Origin: a virus
Taxonomy: Duplodnaviria; Caudoviricetes
IMG/VR virus record: IMGVR_UViG_3300017951_000002
Coordinates: 1,841 to 65,840 of that record
Strand: one strand, 5' to 3'
Length of the DNA: 64,000 bases
The notes under the pieces are model-generated. The model was not told the origin of the DNA, ran no database searches, and worked only from the letters and a program-made list of their open reading frames with translations. This document shows, piece by piece, positions 47,924 to 58,539 of the stretch. Every line of letters begins with the position of its first letter. Position 1 is the first letter of the stretch. The position numbers and the translations under genes are program-made.

Positions 47924-50239
47924 ATGGGGTACCTCGTACAAAAAACAAGAGCCGCAAGCCTGACAGTCGGCGGGCAAGACTACACGAGCAGTTTCGTTTC
48001 CCTGCAGGTAAGCGATGTCAGCGCATTCAAGAATGGTTTAATCACAACCAGCGGCACGCTGTTGCTTGGGCAAAGGCCAGGAGGGGTCGATATAGAGGAC
48101 TACGACCGCAATCTGTTCAAGCGTGGCACCTTGATCACCCTTGACGTTCAAGAGCCTGGTGGAGCGGCTTACAGGCACCCCAGGGGCCATCTTTATGTGC
48201 TTGGCCTAGCTTACAACGTGGAGGCTGAGCAACTTGACATCCAGGTTGGCTGCCGCTTAAGCCTGGCCTACCTAACGGACAACACCTCCGAGGTACTTCC
48301 TCTGGTGCCAATCCCCCTGGATCCGACACAGCGGACGATCGAAAACTGCTCGGCCAGCTTCGCCTCGGCTGGCATGATCCTGTATCAGGACAATCAAGGC
48401 GTTCTCCAAAGCCGAAGGTTTTTCGGCAACGACAACAGCTCTGGCGTTGACGGTGGTGACTGGGTTTCCGTGCTAGGAGAAACAGCTTTATCGGTCTCGC
48501 CTTTGGCGGGAGCTGGTCCAATTCCAGATACAATCAAGCTGTCCTACCAGGTTCCTGCTGGCGCAATTACTGGCGATCAAAGTGCGCCGACGGAAGACAC
48601 TACGGTAACAGAATCAAACTACTTTATTACCTATCCTGCTGTTACGTTTGCTCGTGTAAAACAAGACGAAAATGACAGCAACATCAATGAAAGAGTAAAC
48701 GAACCTCCTCGTAGTCCAGTTAGAGTTAGTGGCTGTGGAACTGTTATCGAGGCCCCGCAGTCAAACCAAGGGCAGCAGGACGGCGAACAGCAAAGCCAGC
48801 TATGCAACGAAGCTTTCGTTACCGAAAGAACGACTGTCTACCTTCCTGCCAACAAGGTCGTAACATCCACAAGCTACTACCTTGGCATAGGAGGACAAAT
48901 TTCTAGGGCCGAAGAGGAAGAGTCTGGCCCACTCATTGAGGCTAACTCGCAGTACTTTGCAGACAGATATGCTTTCTGTAAGCAAATTTACGGCTACAGC
49001 TGTCGCCCCAGCGGCGGCTGTTCATACTACGGAATGGAAACGAGCGTTTTAAGGCGTACTGTCGTTGAATACTTTTACAACAGGGATGGGTCCTTGGCAA
49101 GCACTGTTCAGGACAGTTATGAAACAATGCTTTCCGCTGCCAATCCAGAAGACTGGCGCTCTGGCGTTTCTAACGGTCGACTTCAAGATTTTGACAAGCA
49201 GTTTGATACGAAATATAATCAGCTTTACTTAGCAACAAAAGTTATCACGAACTACAGGTTAGAAAACAACCTAAACATTCAAGAAACAATTACCTTCAAC
49301 AGTGTAGCCTCTAGGGGAATCGGGGTTTCGGGTTTAGGTAGCTCGTATTCAGTCGCCCGCTACTTGGACGCAACGGAAGGAATCAAGACAGTCGTTATTA
49401 GAAAATCTGCTACAAACGTCGTCAACGACCCTCGTCCTGATTCGGTCAAATCGCCTTCGACCTCTACCTCAGAACGCTCGACCTTAATTAACCTGAATAC
49501 AAACTCCTACATCACTCCACCTTCAGTGGCGGCCAACTACCAGCTGGAGGAGTCAATCCCTGTTCCGCTGCTTTCTTCCAGCAGTTCTACTGTCCAAGGA
49601 TGGGTTGCTGACTACAGCAACTACCTTGTTCGATTTACCAAGGGGAGTCTTTACGGTCTGCAGATTGGCGAGTCAATGCGCTCTGAGATCGTAACTGGCT
49701 GGTATCCAGGTAGGCCGTTCCGTTATGCTGACAATAAAAACAACAGAATTGCCGCAATGCGGATGGATGCCTGCGCCTGGGGCGTGACCCAAGAGGAAGC
49801 GATTGTTGTGATGAATGGGGTTTGGAACGGATTCAGCATCGGCACGCTTGTGCTTGGGGACAATCTGACAGGCAACTCCAGTCCAGACATGAGTGCAACG
49901 CCAGGGGCTCCTACGCCTCCGCCTGGAGTGTCTGCTCCGCCATCTATTGCGAATGACGTAGTCGGCCAAAGCTTTTCCTTTAACGTTGACATCAATCTTC
50001 AGTTGGATTCGTATGTCTTTATTTACGGAGACTCTCCAGTACGCACCCCCAACCCTACGGACCTAACCGCTCGGGTGGATCTTACTATTATTCCGCATGT
50101 CGGGGGTATAGTGGTAGAGCCAGGAGGGATCGTCGAGACGACAGGCACTGGCAGCATTCCTTTGGAAACGAATGATGGCTTAATCGTTACCACCACTGCT
50201 GTTGTCGTGACTGACGATCTTTTCGCGGCAGCACCGTAG
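47924..50239 (+). CDS. putative tail hub/baseplate protein
   Basis: 771 aa, beta-rich, after the distal tail gene. Confidence 0.6.
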   Translation: MGYLVQKTRAASLTVGGQDYTSSFVSLQVSDVSAFKNGLITTSGTLLLGQRPGGVDIEDYDRNLFKRGTLITLDVQEPGGAAYRHPRGHLYVLGLAYNVEAEQLDIQVGCRLSLAYLTDNTSEVLPLVPIPLDPTQRTIENCSASFASAGMILYQDNQGVLQSRRFFGNDNSSGVDGGDWVSVLGETALSVSPLAGAGPIPDTIKLSYQVPAGAITGDQSAPTEDTTVTESNYFITYPAVTFARVKQDENDSNINERVNEPPRSPVRVSGCGTVIEAPQSNQGQQDGEQQSQLCNEAFVTERTTVYLPANKVVTSTSYYLGIGGQISRAEEEESGPLIEANSQYFADRYAFCKQIYGYSCRPSGGCSYYGMETSVLRRTVVEYFYNRDGSLASTVQDSYETMLSAANPEDWRSGVSNGRLQDFDKQFDTKYNQLYLATKVITNYRLENNLNIQETITFNSVASRGIGVSGLGSSYSVARYLDATEGIKTVVIRKSATNVVNDPRPDSVKSPSTSTSERSTLINLNTNSYITPPSVAANYQLEESIPVPLLSSSSSTVQGWVADYSNYLVRFTKGSLYGLQIGESMRSEIVTGWYPGRPFRYADNKNNRIAAMRMDACAWGVTQEEAIVVMNGVWNGFSIGTLVLGDNLTGNSSPDMSATPGAPTPPPGVSAPPSIANDVVGQSFSFNVDINLQLDSYVFIYGDSPVRTPNPTDLTARVDLTIIPHVGGIVVEPGGIVETTGTGSIPLETNDGLIVTTTAVVVTDDLFAAAP

Positions 50240-50268
50240 GTACTCTATAGTCGATCAGCTTTGGGTCT

Positions 50269-51009
50269 ATGACAATCGCAGCGAAGGTATCTTCTACCGA
50301 AATTGACGACATCCTGCGTGAACGTTACGTTGACCAGTTCTTCGAGGCTCGACTGATCAATCTGCCCGCCTTTGTTTTTGACCCTAGCGTCGTAGGTTCA
50401 GACACTACTTTGCTTGCAGGTGAGGTTGCCCTCGGCACTGGCGGCTACGCTCGTGCCGTGATCAAGTACGAATCCGCCGACGTTGGCGGATACGCTGATG
50501 GTGGCGTTGCTATGTCACAGAAGGCGACGGTTTTCGCGCATGATGGCGGTACCACTGCGCTGGAATTTAGCCATGTCGCGCTTGTCTGGAGTACTGGAAA
50601 CGTATTAACACTAGGCTCTGTCACCGCCGCACCCGCCTCTGCTGCTAACTCCCCAGCCGCTTACACAAACATTCCCATTGACAGTACAAGCGGCTCTGGA
50701 GTAGGCTTGACCGTCGATCTGGTGGTTACAAACCTTGGTGCTGCTACCACGGACTATGCCCTTACAATCAACAAGCCTGGTTACGACTACGCGGCATCGG
50801 ACACCTTGACGATTAACAATGCAACCCTTGCCGCACTGGATCCGACTGTCGGGGCAGGCGATCTAACCTTCAGCGCTGGAACGATCTATGCTCCCGCAAA
50901 TGCAGGCGACCTGTTCACTAGCGCAAAAACCACCAGTCTCGTCACGCTGGTTGACGGCAACGAGGCAGCATTTTACTGGAACCTGAAGCAGTATGGAGTT
51001 GTTAACTGA
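50269..51009 (+). CDS. tail structural protein
   Basis: GTGGYAR, INKPGYDYAASDTLT motifs; late promoter at 50239. Confidence 0.6.
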   Translation: MTIAAKVSSTEIDDILRERYVDQFFEARLINLPAFVFDPSVVGSDTTLLAGEVALGTGGYARAVIKYESADVGGYADGGVAMSQKATVFAHDGGTTALEFSHVALVWSTGNVLTLGSVTAAPASAANSPAAYTNIPIDSTSGSGVGLTVDLVVTNLGAATTDYALTINKPGYDYAASDTLTINNATLAALDPTVGAGDLTFSAGTIYAPANAGDLFTSAKTTSLVTLVDGNEAAFYWNLKQYGVVN

Positions 51010-51831
51010 TGAGCCTCCTGAATGAACTAATCGATCTTAGCGCTAGCGAGCGACTTGTTCAGCTGGAGCGACTAGAAAGCAAGGAAGTTATTCCTGGAGA
51101 CTTTGAGGGTAGTGTTCGTGCGTCTTGGGTAAGGCTGGCCAACGACGGAACGGCTGTGGTCTCGTATAACGACAAGGAGTACACGACCAAGCCGATTGGC
51201 TTGACTTCTATCAGGGCAGGCAGCGAGGTCGAGTTAACTCACGCCAAGGGCGTTTACTACAGCAAGTACTGATCATGGCAATCAACAGATCATCCTTCTC
51301 GGCTCAGGATATCACCACTAATTACAGTGTTGCGATTCAGATGCTGGGGACGAAACCCAACACGTCTGAAACCCTGGCCACGCCAGTAGAGCCTAATGTG
51401 ATGTTTGGTTACTACAACGACACGATTGATGCTGTCGAGCTTTACGTCTCGGACCCGTTTGGGGATCGTTACATTAAGGTGTTGTGATGGCTATCAATTC
51501 ACCGCGAGTTGTTGCTGGCCCAACTGTTCAGCGCAGGCATGTCTTGAATCAGCCCGTGTCTGTCGACAGGAGGCCCGACTTTGATCATACCGCTTCCACC
51601 CCCGACTACGAGGGGCAGTTGATCTTTGATTACTACCAGACGTACGACGTGGCCAACAACATTCAGTTTGGTTTTGGCGGCAACCTTGAACTTTACGGCA
51701 TGTATGTTGGGGTAAACGTTGGCGGAACCTTGCAATGGGTGCCAGTTGCCATGAGAGCTTTTGAAGATGGGTATACTGGAGCAGAAGTCGACCCGATGCA
51801 CTTTGGTCGCGGAACCTTAGACAACACATAA
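51009..51831 (+). CDS. three small tail-associated genes (51009-51272, 51275-51487, 51487-51831)
   Basis: Coupled ORFs in the late operon. Confidence 0.55.
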
Positions 51832-51832
51832 C

Positions 51833-53101
51833 ATGGCAGCCCAATTTGAAGACTGGTTTGAAAAACGCTACGAGGCCGATCGGCTGCGGCGAGAAGAAGA
51901 GCGGCGCCTGCGGGACCTGGGGTACTTCAGCAAAAATAACGGCAGTCCTTGTGTTGCAACATCTCAATGCGCGGCTGGATACGCCTGTATCGATGGCAAG
52001 TGTCAGCCAATCAATAATAACCCTGGAAGCGGCACTAATGACACTCAAGGGACCTATGTGAAGGGCTGCTACATATATGAGGGTGACTGTAACTCAGGCA
52101 AACGCTCCTGCTCTTTGGACGCAACATGCGGAAGGGGTAGTGGAAGGGTTGACTGTTGCGGGGGACGACTGTATTACGGCTATAATGCGGCCACAAATAG
52201 CGTAACTGGAAAATGCGCACGCGACGATGGTGGCCAAGACGATGGTGGCCAAAACAACGATGAACGTTCGTGCAGTGCTTGGTGCGAAGGGTACTATGCC
52301 CTTCTCGGTACAGTCTCAAGCCTATGCGATGGGCAACCACTTTGCGATCCCGAATGTGAGACCTGTTCGCTTGGTAAATGCGCACGACGAACTGTTAATG
52401 TTCCGTGCTACTGTAACGCGGGACGCACTTGTGATGGATGCAAGGCATGCATCACCGACTCATCCAGCTCTAGCTTTGGCCAATGCGCCGCAACTGACGA
52501 GACGAACAATCGCTGCCGTCAATGTGTCAAAATTGAATCGCATATCTGCTGCGGCAAAGATGTGGGTCCCGCAAGAGTCTGTTCATACGAAGGTTTTGGC
52601 GGCACCACGAATGATTTAAGAAGTAAGCTACAAGCAGAGATTCGGTCTCGATGCAGCGAGGCGTGCGTAGACTTCAGTCAACCAGGTGGTTGGTCGTTCA
52701 CTGGCACGCAAAGCTATGTGGACCAAGGTCAGCGAAAATTTAGGACTGTCTACGCTAGCTTCAGTCAAGGTAGCGGCCTTTGCGATGATGGCGGCTGCTA
52801 TCCCGTGTCCTACGGACCCCCTTGCTCCCACCCTGGTAAGTTCAGCCCCTGCGGGGAATCAGCGTGGAGCAGCGGTATCTCTGTTGGCCCAGGAGACTGT
52901 ACTGGCCAAAGCTTAGGATGTGGCATGTACCTGGCGAACTCAAGTGGAGTAAACATACAACGCCTGGTAAGAAGCACGGAAGCTGGCTGTCTAAGGAAGA
53001 CGTACCTAAAACCTGGTGAGCCCACGCTTGGGCAAACCTATTTCGGTCCTCACTTTAACCCAGGCTGCATCCTTGCTGGCAAGTGGACCTTCAACGGATA
53101 G
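51833..53101 (+). CDS. cysteine-rich tail-associated protein
   Basis: About 39 Cys in 422 aa, with CxxC, CxC and CC clusters. Confidence 0.7.
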   Translation: MAAQFEDWFEKRYEADRLRREEERRLRDLGYFSKNNGSPCVATSQCAAGYACIDGKCQPINNNPGSGTNDTQGTYVKGCYIYEGDCNSGKRSCSLDATCGRGSGRVDCCGGRLYYGYNAATNSVTGKCARDDGGQDDGGQNNDERSCSAWCEGYYALLGTVSSLCDGQPLCDPECETCSLGKCARRTVNVPCYCNAGRTCDGCKACITDSSSSSFGQCAATDETNNRCRQCVKIESHICCGKDVGPARVCSYEGFGGTTNDLRSKLQAEIRSRCSEACVDFSQPGGWSFTGTQSYVDQGQRKFRTVYASFSQGSGLCDDGGCYPVSYGPPCSHPGKFSPCGESAWSSGISVGPGDCTGQSLGCGMYLANSSGVNIQRLVRSTEAGCLRKTYLKPGEPTLGQTYFGPHFNPGCILAGKWTFNG

Positions 53102-53137
53102 CCCTCATAGGAAGCCTAGCCCAGTTGTACTTGTACT

Positions 53138-54967
53138 GTGGCTGTTTTTCCCGATAGAATCGTACTCAAGAACTCTACGGACAGCCAGGCGGCAATCGAG
53201 TCTGCTATCGGGTCAGGTGGAACGGACGAGATCAGCCAGGGAGAGGTAGTCATTGGCCTTACTACGGGCGCTGCAGCGCTTTACACAAAGGATGCTGTTG
53301 GCACTATCGTCACCCTTTCGGGCAAGGTTGCCAGCGTCAATAGCCAGATTGATGATGTCATTATTGACGTTGAGAATTTAGGAAACTTTCAGTACGGGGT
53401 TGACCCAGCCAAGCAGTCGTTTGTTTTGTCTGGCCCCTCAAACAACACTCCCAGCGCGTCGGGGATGTGGGATATCGGGTCTAATTTTAACAACTATTTT
53501 GCATGGTACGATACAGACCCTATACAGTCTTGGCTCAGCACAGTTCCTGTTGGTACTGCGATTGAATTCGTCACGCGATGGGGATACAAGCATACGGCTG
53601 TAACCAGCACCGTTGCGAGCACATACGCCTCAGGAGCGGACTATATTAGTTTTTCTGGTTACCCTTGGCCGCAGGAGCTGTTGGACGCCCAGGCTAACAA
53701 CGAGTTTATCGTCGTTCAGGAACAGAATGCGTTCCTTACCCCTCAAGACGGCGAGGCACTCCTCTACGAGGCTTCTACGGGTCTCTGGAGGCCTGCTTCG
53801 ACCAGCGGCAGTGTCAGTAGTGTTAATGGGCTTACAGGCGCTGTCAGCATTGGCGTAGAAGATCTGGACGACTATTTGCCGCAACCAGGCACTCACCCCG
53901 TTGCATATCACTCTGACAAGCAATCTGATGGCAACTGGAGTGGATCAAATTCCAGCACGACTGGTGGATACGCTCTTGATCAGAGCGGCGGCAATTACAC
54001 AGGCATATATATCAACAAAAACACTCCTACTTCAGGAACCTCCCTGGCCAGTCAAGGCTTTACCGCAGGAACAACTCTGGACCTGTGGGTTAGTGCGGAC
54101 GGTGTGAACTTCACGCAACACACAGCGACAAACTCATACGCCCAAAGTGTTAACAATGCACTGTTTACTGGGCTTTCGCCAAACCTAAACGCCTACACCA
54201 GCGCATCTGCTCTGTACTTCAGCCTTTCGGCCCCTGGTGCCGCTGCACCCCTTGCTGACGGCGACATCCTGCAATACGAATCAGCCACCTCTGCCTGGAG
54301 ACCCGTACCGTCAACAGGGCTTGGCGGGTCTGTTGCTAGTATTGACGACATCGGCGACGTGGATACGACGACAGTCGCCCCCACAGACGGTCAGGCGTTG
54401 GTTTGGGATAATACCGCTCAACAATGGGAGCCTGGCTCCGTGGCTGCCAGCGCTGGTCGAGGTGATGGTGGCGACTTTGATACAGGAACAGTGGACTCAG
54501 CATATGTCTTTGGGGTTTATGGTGGCGGTGATTTCAGTGCTGGATCTGCGTCTACGACAGCGGTTGCTCCGTTCGCGCATGCTTACATCGACAGCAATAA
54601 CATCAGCTCCACGACTGCCCACACAGGCATGTCATCCGCAGCGCATGTTTACATTGCCAGCACAGACAGTTACATCGACTTTACCTTTGACACCGCCCAG
54701 CCTGGCACGGATTATTCGGTACTGCACTCAGGAGAGGCTGGATGGAATGTTCTTGAAGTCGAAAACAAAACGACCTCTGGCTTCAGGGTAAGCTTTTACG
54801 ATGAAGCCACTGGTAATGTGCTATCTACTGGCGCAGTAGGAATTGGTGCGCCCGTAATTACCGTTTACGATTCTGACCCCACGATCACGGTTAGCAGCAG
54901 TAGCGGAGTAGACCTTCCCGCTGAACTTTTTGGCGACGATGAGGGGCCTGACGGGGGAAGCTTCTAG
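53138..54967 (+). CDS. tail fibre protein 1
   Basis: VSSVNG.TGAV and IDDIGDVDTTTVAPTDGQALVWDN fibre repeats; late promoter at 53110. Confidence 0.8.
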   Translation: MAVFPDRIVLKNSTDSQAAIESAIGSGGTDEISQGEVVIGLTTGAAALYTKDAVGTIVTLSGKVASVNSQIDDVIIDVENLGNFQYGVDPAKQSFVLSGPSNNTPSASGMWDIGSNFNNYFAWYDTDPIQSWLSTVPVGTAIEFVTRWGYKHTAVTSTVASTYASGADYISFSGYPWPQELLDAQANNEFIVVQEQNAFLTPQDGEALLYEASTGLWRPASTSGSVSSVNGLTGAVSIGVEDLDDYLPQPGTHPVAYHSDKQSDGNWSGSNSSTTGGYALDQSGGNYTGIYINKNTPTSGTSLASQGFTAGTTLDLWVSADGVNFTQHTATNSYAQSVNNALFTGLSPNLNAYTSASALYFSLSAPGAAAPLADGDILQYESATSAWRPVPSTGLGGSVASIDDIGDVDTTTVAPTDGQALVWDNTAQQWEPGSVAASAGRGDGGDFDTGTVDSAYVFGVYGGGDFSAGSASTTAVAPFAHAYIDSNNISSTTAHTGMSSAAHVYIASTDSYIDFTFDTAQPGTDYSVLHSGEAGWNVLEVENKTTSGFRVSFYDEATGNVLSTGAVGIGAPVITVYDSDPTITVSSSSGVDLPAELFGDDEGPDGGSF

Positions 54968-54997
54968 GAATACTAACGCAGAAATTGCGTCTTTGAA

Positions 54998-57298
54998 ATG
55001 GCCACCCCCGCTAACCGTGTTCCCGTAAGAATTGCTCGCGGCAGTAAGGCAAACCTCGATACGGCTATCGCGGCTGGTGACCTAAAAGAGGGGGAAATTT
55101 GTTACGCTACGGATGAAAACGGCATCTATGTCATAGAGGGCGGCACGCTGACCCAGGCAGGCGCAGACCTGGCTTCTACGTCTATTGACGCGCTGTCAGA
55201 CGTTGACACCACGACGGCAGCCCCTACAGATGGGCAGGTACTGATCTGGAACAACGTTGACAGTGAGTGGCAGCCCAATGATCTTTCTATTGACGCCCTG
55301 TCAGACGTTGACACCACGACGGCAGCCCCTACAGATGGGCAGGCGCTTGTCTGGAATAACTCCGTTAGCCAGTGGGAGCCTGGAGGTGTTAGCGGTGAAA
55401 TCGAATGGACGCTGACCGCAAACGGGACTACTGATTATATTTTTGCAGGCGCTGGCTTCGCAGGAACGGAAACGGATCCCGCCATCTATGTGATGCGTGG
55501 GCAGACGTACAAGTTCACCAACACGATGGGTGCCCACCCGTTCCAGGTTCAGAGCACTCAGGGTATCGGTGGCACGGCATACAACGACGGTATCACCAAC
55601 AACGCAGTCAGTAATGGCACGTTGACATGGGAAGTGCGAATGGACGCTCCATCAACGCTTTACTACCAATGCACCAGCCATGCCTTAATGGCTGGCGTTA
55701 TTCATGTGCTGAATGAAGGTAGTGCTGTTGCGAGCATTGACGACCTCAGCGATGTAGATACTTCGACCGTTGCCCCTACTGATGGCCAAGCATTGGTCTG
55801 GGACAACGCAAATAGTCAGTGGGAACCAGGGACAATCTCAAGTGGCACAACACTGCCATCAGCAGCGGACGGCGAAGCGCTGATCTATGAGAACGGTCAA
55901 TGGATTGCTGGACCTGTCATTGGCGGAGTGAGTTACACATCCGCAGCTGATCCTGAATACAGCAACGTTCAACTGCTGCTGCATTGCAATGGCACTAACG
56001 GATCAACAACATTTACAGACAGCAGCCAAAACGGACTAAGCCTTTCCGCTAACGGAAACTCTCAAATTTCAACCGCTCAATTTAAATTTGGCGGAGCTTC
56101 AGCCTATTTTGACGGTGCAAACAGCACTATTTCAGTACAAGACAGTGTTCTAGTTACGGGCACAGGTCAGTTCACAATTGAAATGTGGTTCTACGCATCC
56201 AGTACTGATGGTGGGCTTGTGAATTCCCAGAATGTTAATGGCGGATATGAGCTGATTCATCGTAATTCAGAATTGAAGTTTTGGGCATACAACAGCGGTG
56301 ATGTTCTTGTTGCCACAGCTCCTTCCCTAAACGCTTGGCATCACGTTGCCGTCACCCGTGATGCGTCTAACGTTCTCAGAATGTTCGTAGACGGTACTCT
56401 TGTCGATAGTGCTACAAACTTTACTGAATGGTTATTCAAGAACAGCCTTACCATTGGATCGAGCCGCACTGGCTTTTACGATTTTGATGGATATATAGAC
56501 GATTTCAGGCTTACAACAGGAGTCGCTCGTTACACAGCAGCATTCACGCCACCAACTGCGCAGCTACTTGGTGGAGGATCACCAGTTACTATCCCTTACT
56601 CTATCGACAAGCTCGATGATGTAGACACCTCCACCGTTGCACCCACTGACGGTCAAGCACTTATCTGGGATAACGCTGCCCAGAAGTGGGAGCCTGGCGC
56701 GGTCAGTCTTGGTGTTGAAGATCTGGATGATTTTCAACTTCAAGTGACTCCTCCCACGTCCTCCTACAACGCCGCAAAGCAGTCCGATGGTGATTTTACC
56801 AACACTGGCAACACTGCAGGAGGCTTTGCTCTTGACACCAACGGTGGCATCTATAACAAGATCTACATCAACAAAAATAATCCAACCTCAGGAACATCAC
56901 TTGCCTCTCAAGGGTTTACCGCAGGGACAAGTCTAGACTTATGGATTAGCGCAGACGGCACAACCTTTACGCAACACACAGCGACGAACTCCTTCGACCA
57001 GGGCACAAATAACGCCTACTTCAGTGGGCTTTCTCCAGACTTGAGTGCCTACACCAGCGCATCTGCTCTTTATTTCAGCCTGACCAGTGTTTCTGGAACG
57101 CCTGTCGCCCTGGCTGACGGGGACATCCTGCAGTACGAATCGGCCACTGCTAAGTTCAGGCCTATTCAAGCCGCTGGCGTGCGTTCCTTGCTTGACATCG
57201 AAGAGTATGTGGACGACACAGCAGCAGGCACTGGCGGCTTGTCCACTGGTGAGCTGTACTACAACACCACAAGTTCAAGTTACGTGCTCAAATCCTGA
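54998..57298 (+). CDS. tail fibre protein 2 with cupredoxin-like and LamG/concanavalin-like domains
   Basis: Repeats SIDALSDVDTTTAAPTDGQ; HPF...LYYQCTSHALM; LLLHCNG...WHHVAVTR...GYIDDFR. Confidence 0.85.
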   Translation: MATPANRVPVRIARGSKANLDTAIAAGDLKEGEICYATDENGIYVIEGGTLTQAGADLASTSIDALSDVDTTTAAPTDGQVLIWNNVDSEWQPNDLSIDALSDVDTTTAAPTDGQALVWNNSVSQWEPGGVSGEIEWTLTANGTTDYIFAGAGFAGTETDPAIYVMRGQTYKFTNTMGAHPFQVQSTQGIGGTAYNDGITNNAVSNGTLTWEVRMDAPSTLYYQCTSHALMAGVIHVLNEGSAVASIDDLSDVDTSTVAPTDGQALVWDNANSQWEPGTISSGTTLPSAADGEALIYENGQWIAGPVIGGVSYTSAADPEYSNVQLLLHCNGTNGSTTFTDSSQNGLSLSANGNSQISTAQFKFGGASAYFDGANSTISVQDSVLVTGTGQFTIEMWFYASSTDGGLVNSQNVNGGYELIHRNSELKFWAYNSGDVLVATAPSLNAWHHVAVTRDASNVLRMFVDGTLVDSATNFTEWLFKNSLTIGSSRTGFYDFDGYIDDFRLTTGVARYTAAFTPPTAQLLGGGSPVTIPYSIDKLDDVDTSTVAPTDGQALIWDNAAQKWEPGAVSLGVEDLDDFQLQVTPPTSSYNAAKQSDGDFTNTGNTAGGFALDTNGGIYNKIYINKNNPTSGTSLASQGFTAGTSLDLWISADGTTFTQHTATNSFDQGTNNAYFSGLSPDLSAYTSASALYFSLTSVSGTPVALADGDILQYESATAKFRPIQAAGVRSLLDIEEYVDDTAAGTGGLSTGELYYNTTSSSYVLKS

Positions 57299-57328
57299 TA
57301 GGCATCCTAGCCTAGCTTTTGACTAGGC

Positions 57329-57694
57329 ATGGACATTCGTGAGGAACTGAAGTCAGCAGGGGTCTATCCTACAGGCCCTTGCTCGGCTTATCCGAAGTCT
57401 CGGAATGAAAAGCTGCTAGAGTTAGCAGGAATGGCGCAAAAGGCAACCCCTGCTGCCAAGGGCCCGAGCATAAGCAAGATGGCGACAGGCTTGATGAAAA
57501 CAGCAGGCCAAGCAGTCAGGTATGGAAAGGTCTCGAAAGAGATTCGTGAAGAGCGTTACGACACCTGCAAGGCGTGTCCTTTCTTCAATGCTGAAAGCAA
57601 GCGTTGTAAGGATTGTGGTTGCTTCATGGAAGCTAAAACATGGGTTGGCGGTGACCCTGACATGCTCTGTCCTCAAAAGAAGTGGAAACGCTGA
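57329..57694 (+). CDS. small Cys-rich metal-binding protein (DUF6171-like)
   Basis: RYDTCKACP...CKDCGCFM...CPQKKW. Confidence 0.7.
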   Translation: MDIREELKSAGVYPTGPCSAYPKSRNEKLLELAGMAQKATPAAKGPSISKMATGLMKTAGQAVRYGKVSKEIREERYDTCKACPFFNAESKRCKDCGCFMEAKTWVGGDPDMLCPQKKWKR

Positions 57695-57756
57695 TTCGGG
57701 GCAATTGGAATACTAGCGGCGTAACATTCGTCCAGGGGTGATCCCTGGCAGACAAC

Positions 57757-58479
57757 ATGGCTGACGAGAACATGACTCCCGAGAAGGAAGTCACCTCCGC
57801 CCCCGCTCCAGCAGGCGACGACATGATGCCTCGCTCGGAAGCAGAGAACCTTTTGAAAGCCCTCAAAGCTGAGCGTGAAGCACGCAAGCAGTACGAGCGC
57901 GACCTGAAGGAGACCAAGACTCAACTCGACAAGTTCGCCGAGATCAATCCCGACGAATATACTAAGCTCCAAGCCGAAGCTGCTGAAGCTGCCCGTGTGC
58001 AGGCTCAGTGGGGCGAAGCAAAGGAGGCGATCGAGTTGAAGTACAGCAAGGACGCTCAAGAAGCTGCCTCTAAGGCTGCTGCTGCTGAATCCGCACTGGC
58101 TGACTACAAGAAGAAGTACGCCTTGGAAAAGGTGTTCTATGCTGCTGGTGGTCGCACTGATGCGGCTGATGGCGTGTCGTTCTTCGACATGATGGCTCAG
58201 CAGGTTGGTGCTAACTTCCGCCAGGAAGCTGATGGCTCTCTGACTGTGGTCGACGCTGCTGGCGATCCTGTGCTTGACAAGGAGTCTGGTAAGCGTGTGT
58301 CTGCCGAGGACTACATCGCCTCATATAAAGTCCATCCCATCTACGGTACCTTCTTTAAGGGTACTAAGGGTGCGGGGGCTGGTATTGGCTATGGCGGCAC
58401 TGACGCCAACGGGATGCCGACCGAAGATCTGTCAAGCCTAAGCGCTGAGCAACTGTTCCAACGCGCTTTCGGTTCCTGA
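57757..58479 (+). CDS. capsid scaffolding protein
   Basis: Coiled-coil, Ala/Glu/Lys-rich, C-terminal GAGAG; immediately upstream of the capsid gene. Confidence 0.75.
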   Translation: MADENMTPEKEVTSAPAPAGDDMMPRSEAENLLKALKAEREARKQYERDLKETKTQLDKFAEINPDEYTKLQAEAAEAARVQAQWGEAKEAIELKYSKDAQEAASKAAAAESALADYKKKYALEKVFYAAGGRTDAADGVSFFDMMAQQVGANFRQEADGSLTVVDAAGDPVLDKESGKRVSAEDYIASYKVHPIYGTFFKGTKGAGAGIGYGGTDANGMPTEDLSSLSAEQLFQRAFGS

Positions 58480-58491
58480 TAGAATAGGCTC

Positions 58492-58539
58492 ATGCAGCCC
58501 ATTCACTAGCGAGTTCAATCTCGCCCATAGGTTAGCTGC
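58492..58539 (+). ncRNA. stand-alone guide-like RNA unit 6
   Basis: GCAGC-CCA-TTCAC-TA-GCGAG-TTCAAT-CTCGC-CCA-TAGGT-TA-GCTGC; promoter TGATAGAAT 58477-58485; terminator about 58545-58570. Confidence 0.8.

Noticed and set aside
2328-53122. CTAGCCCA shared between several late promoters and RNA units 2 and 5
   Set aside because: Only about 8 bp; explained separately by the promoter consensus and by stem pairing; the double-loop architecture is absent at those promoters
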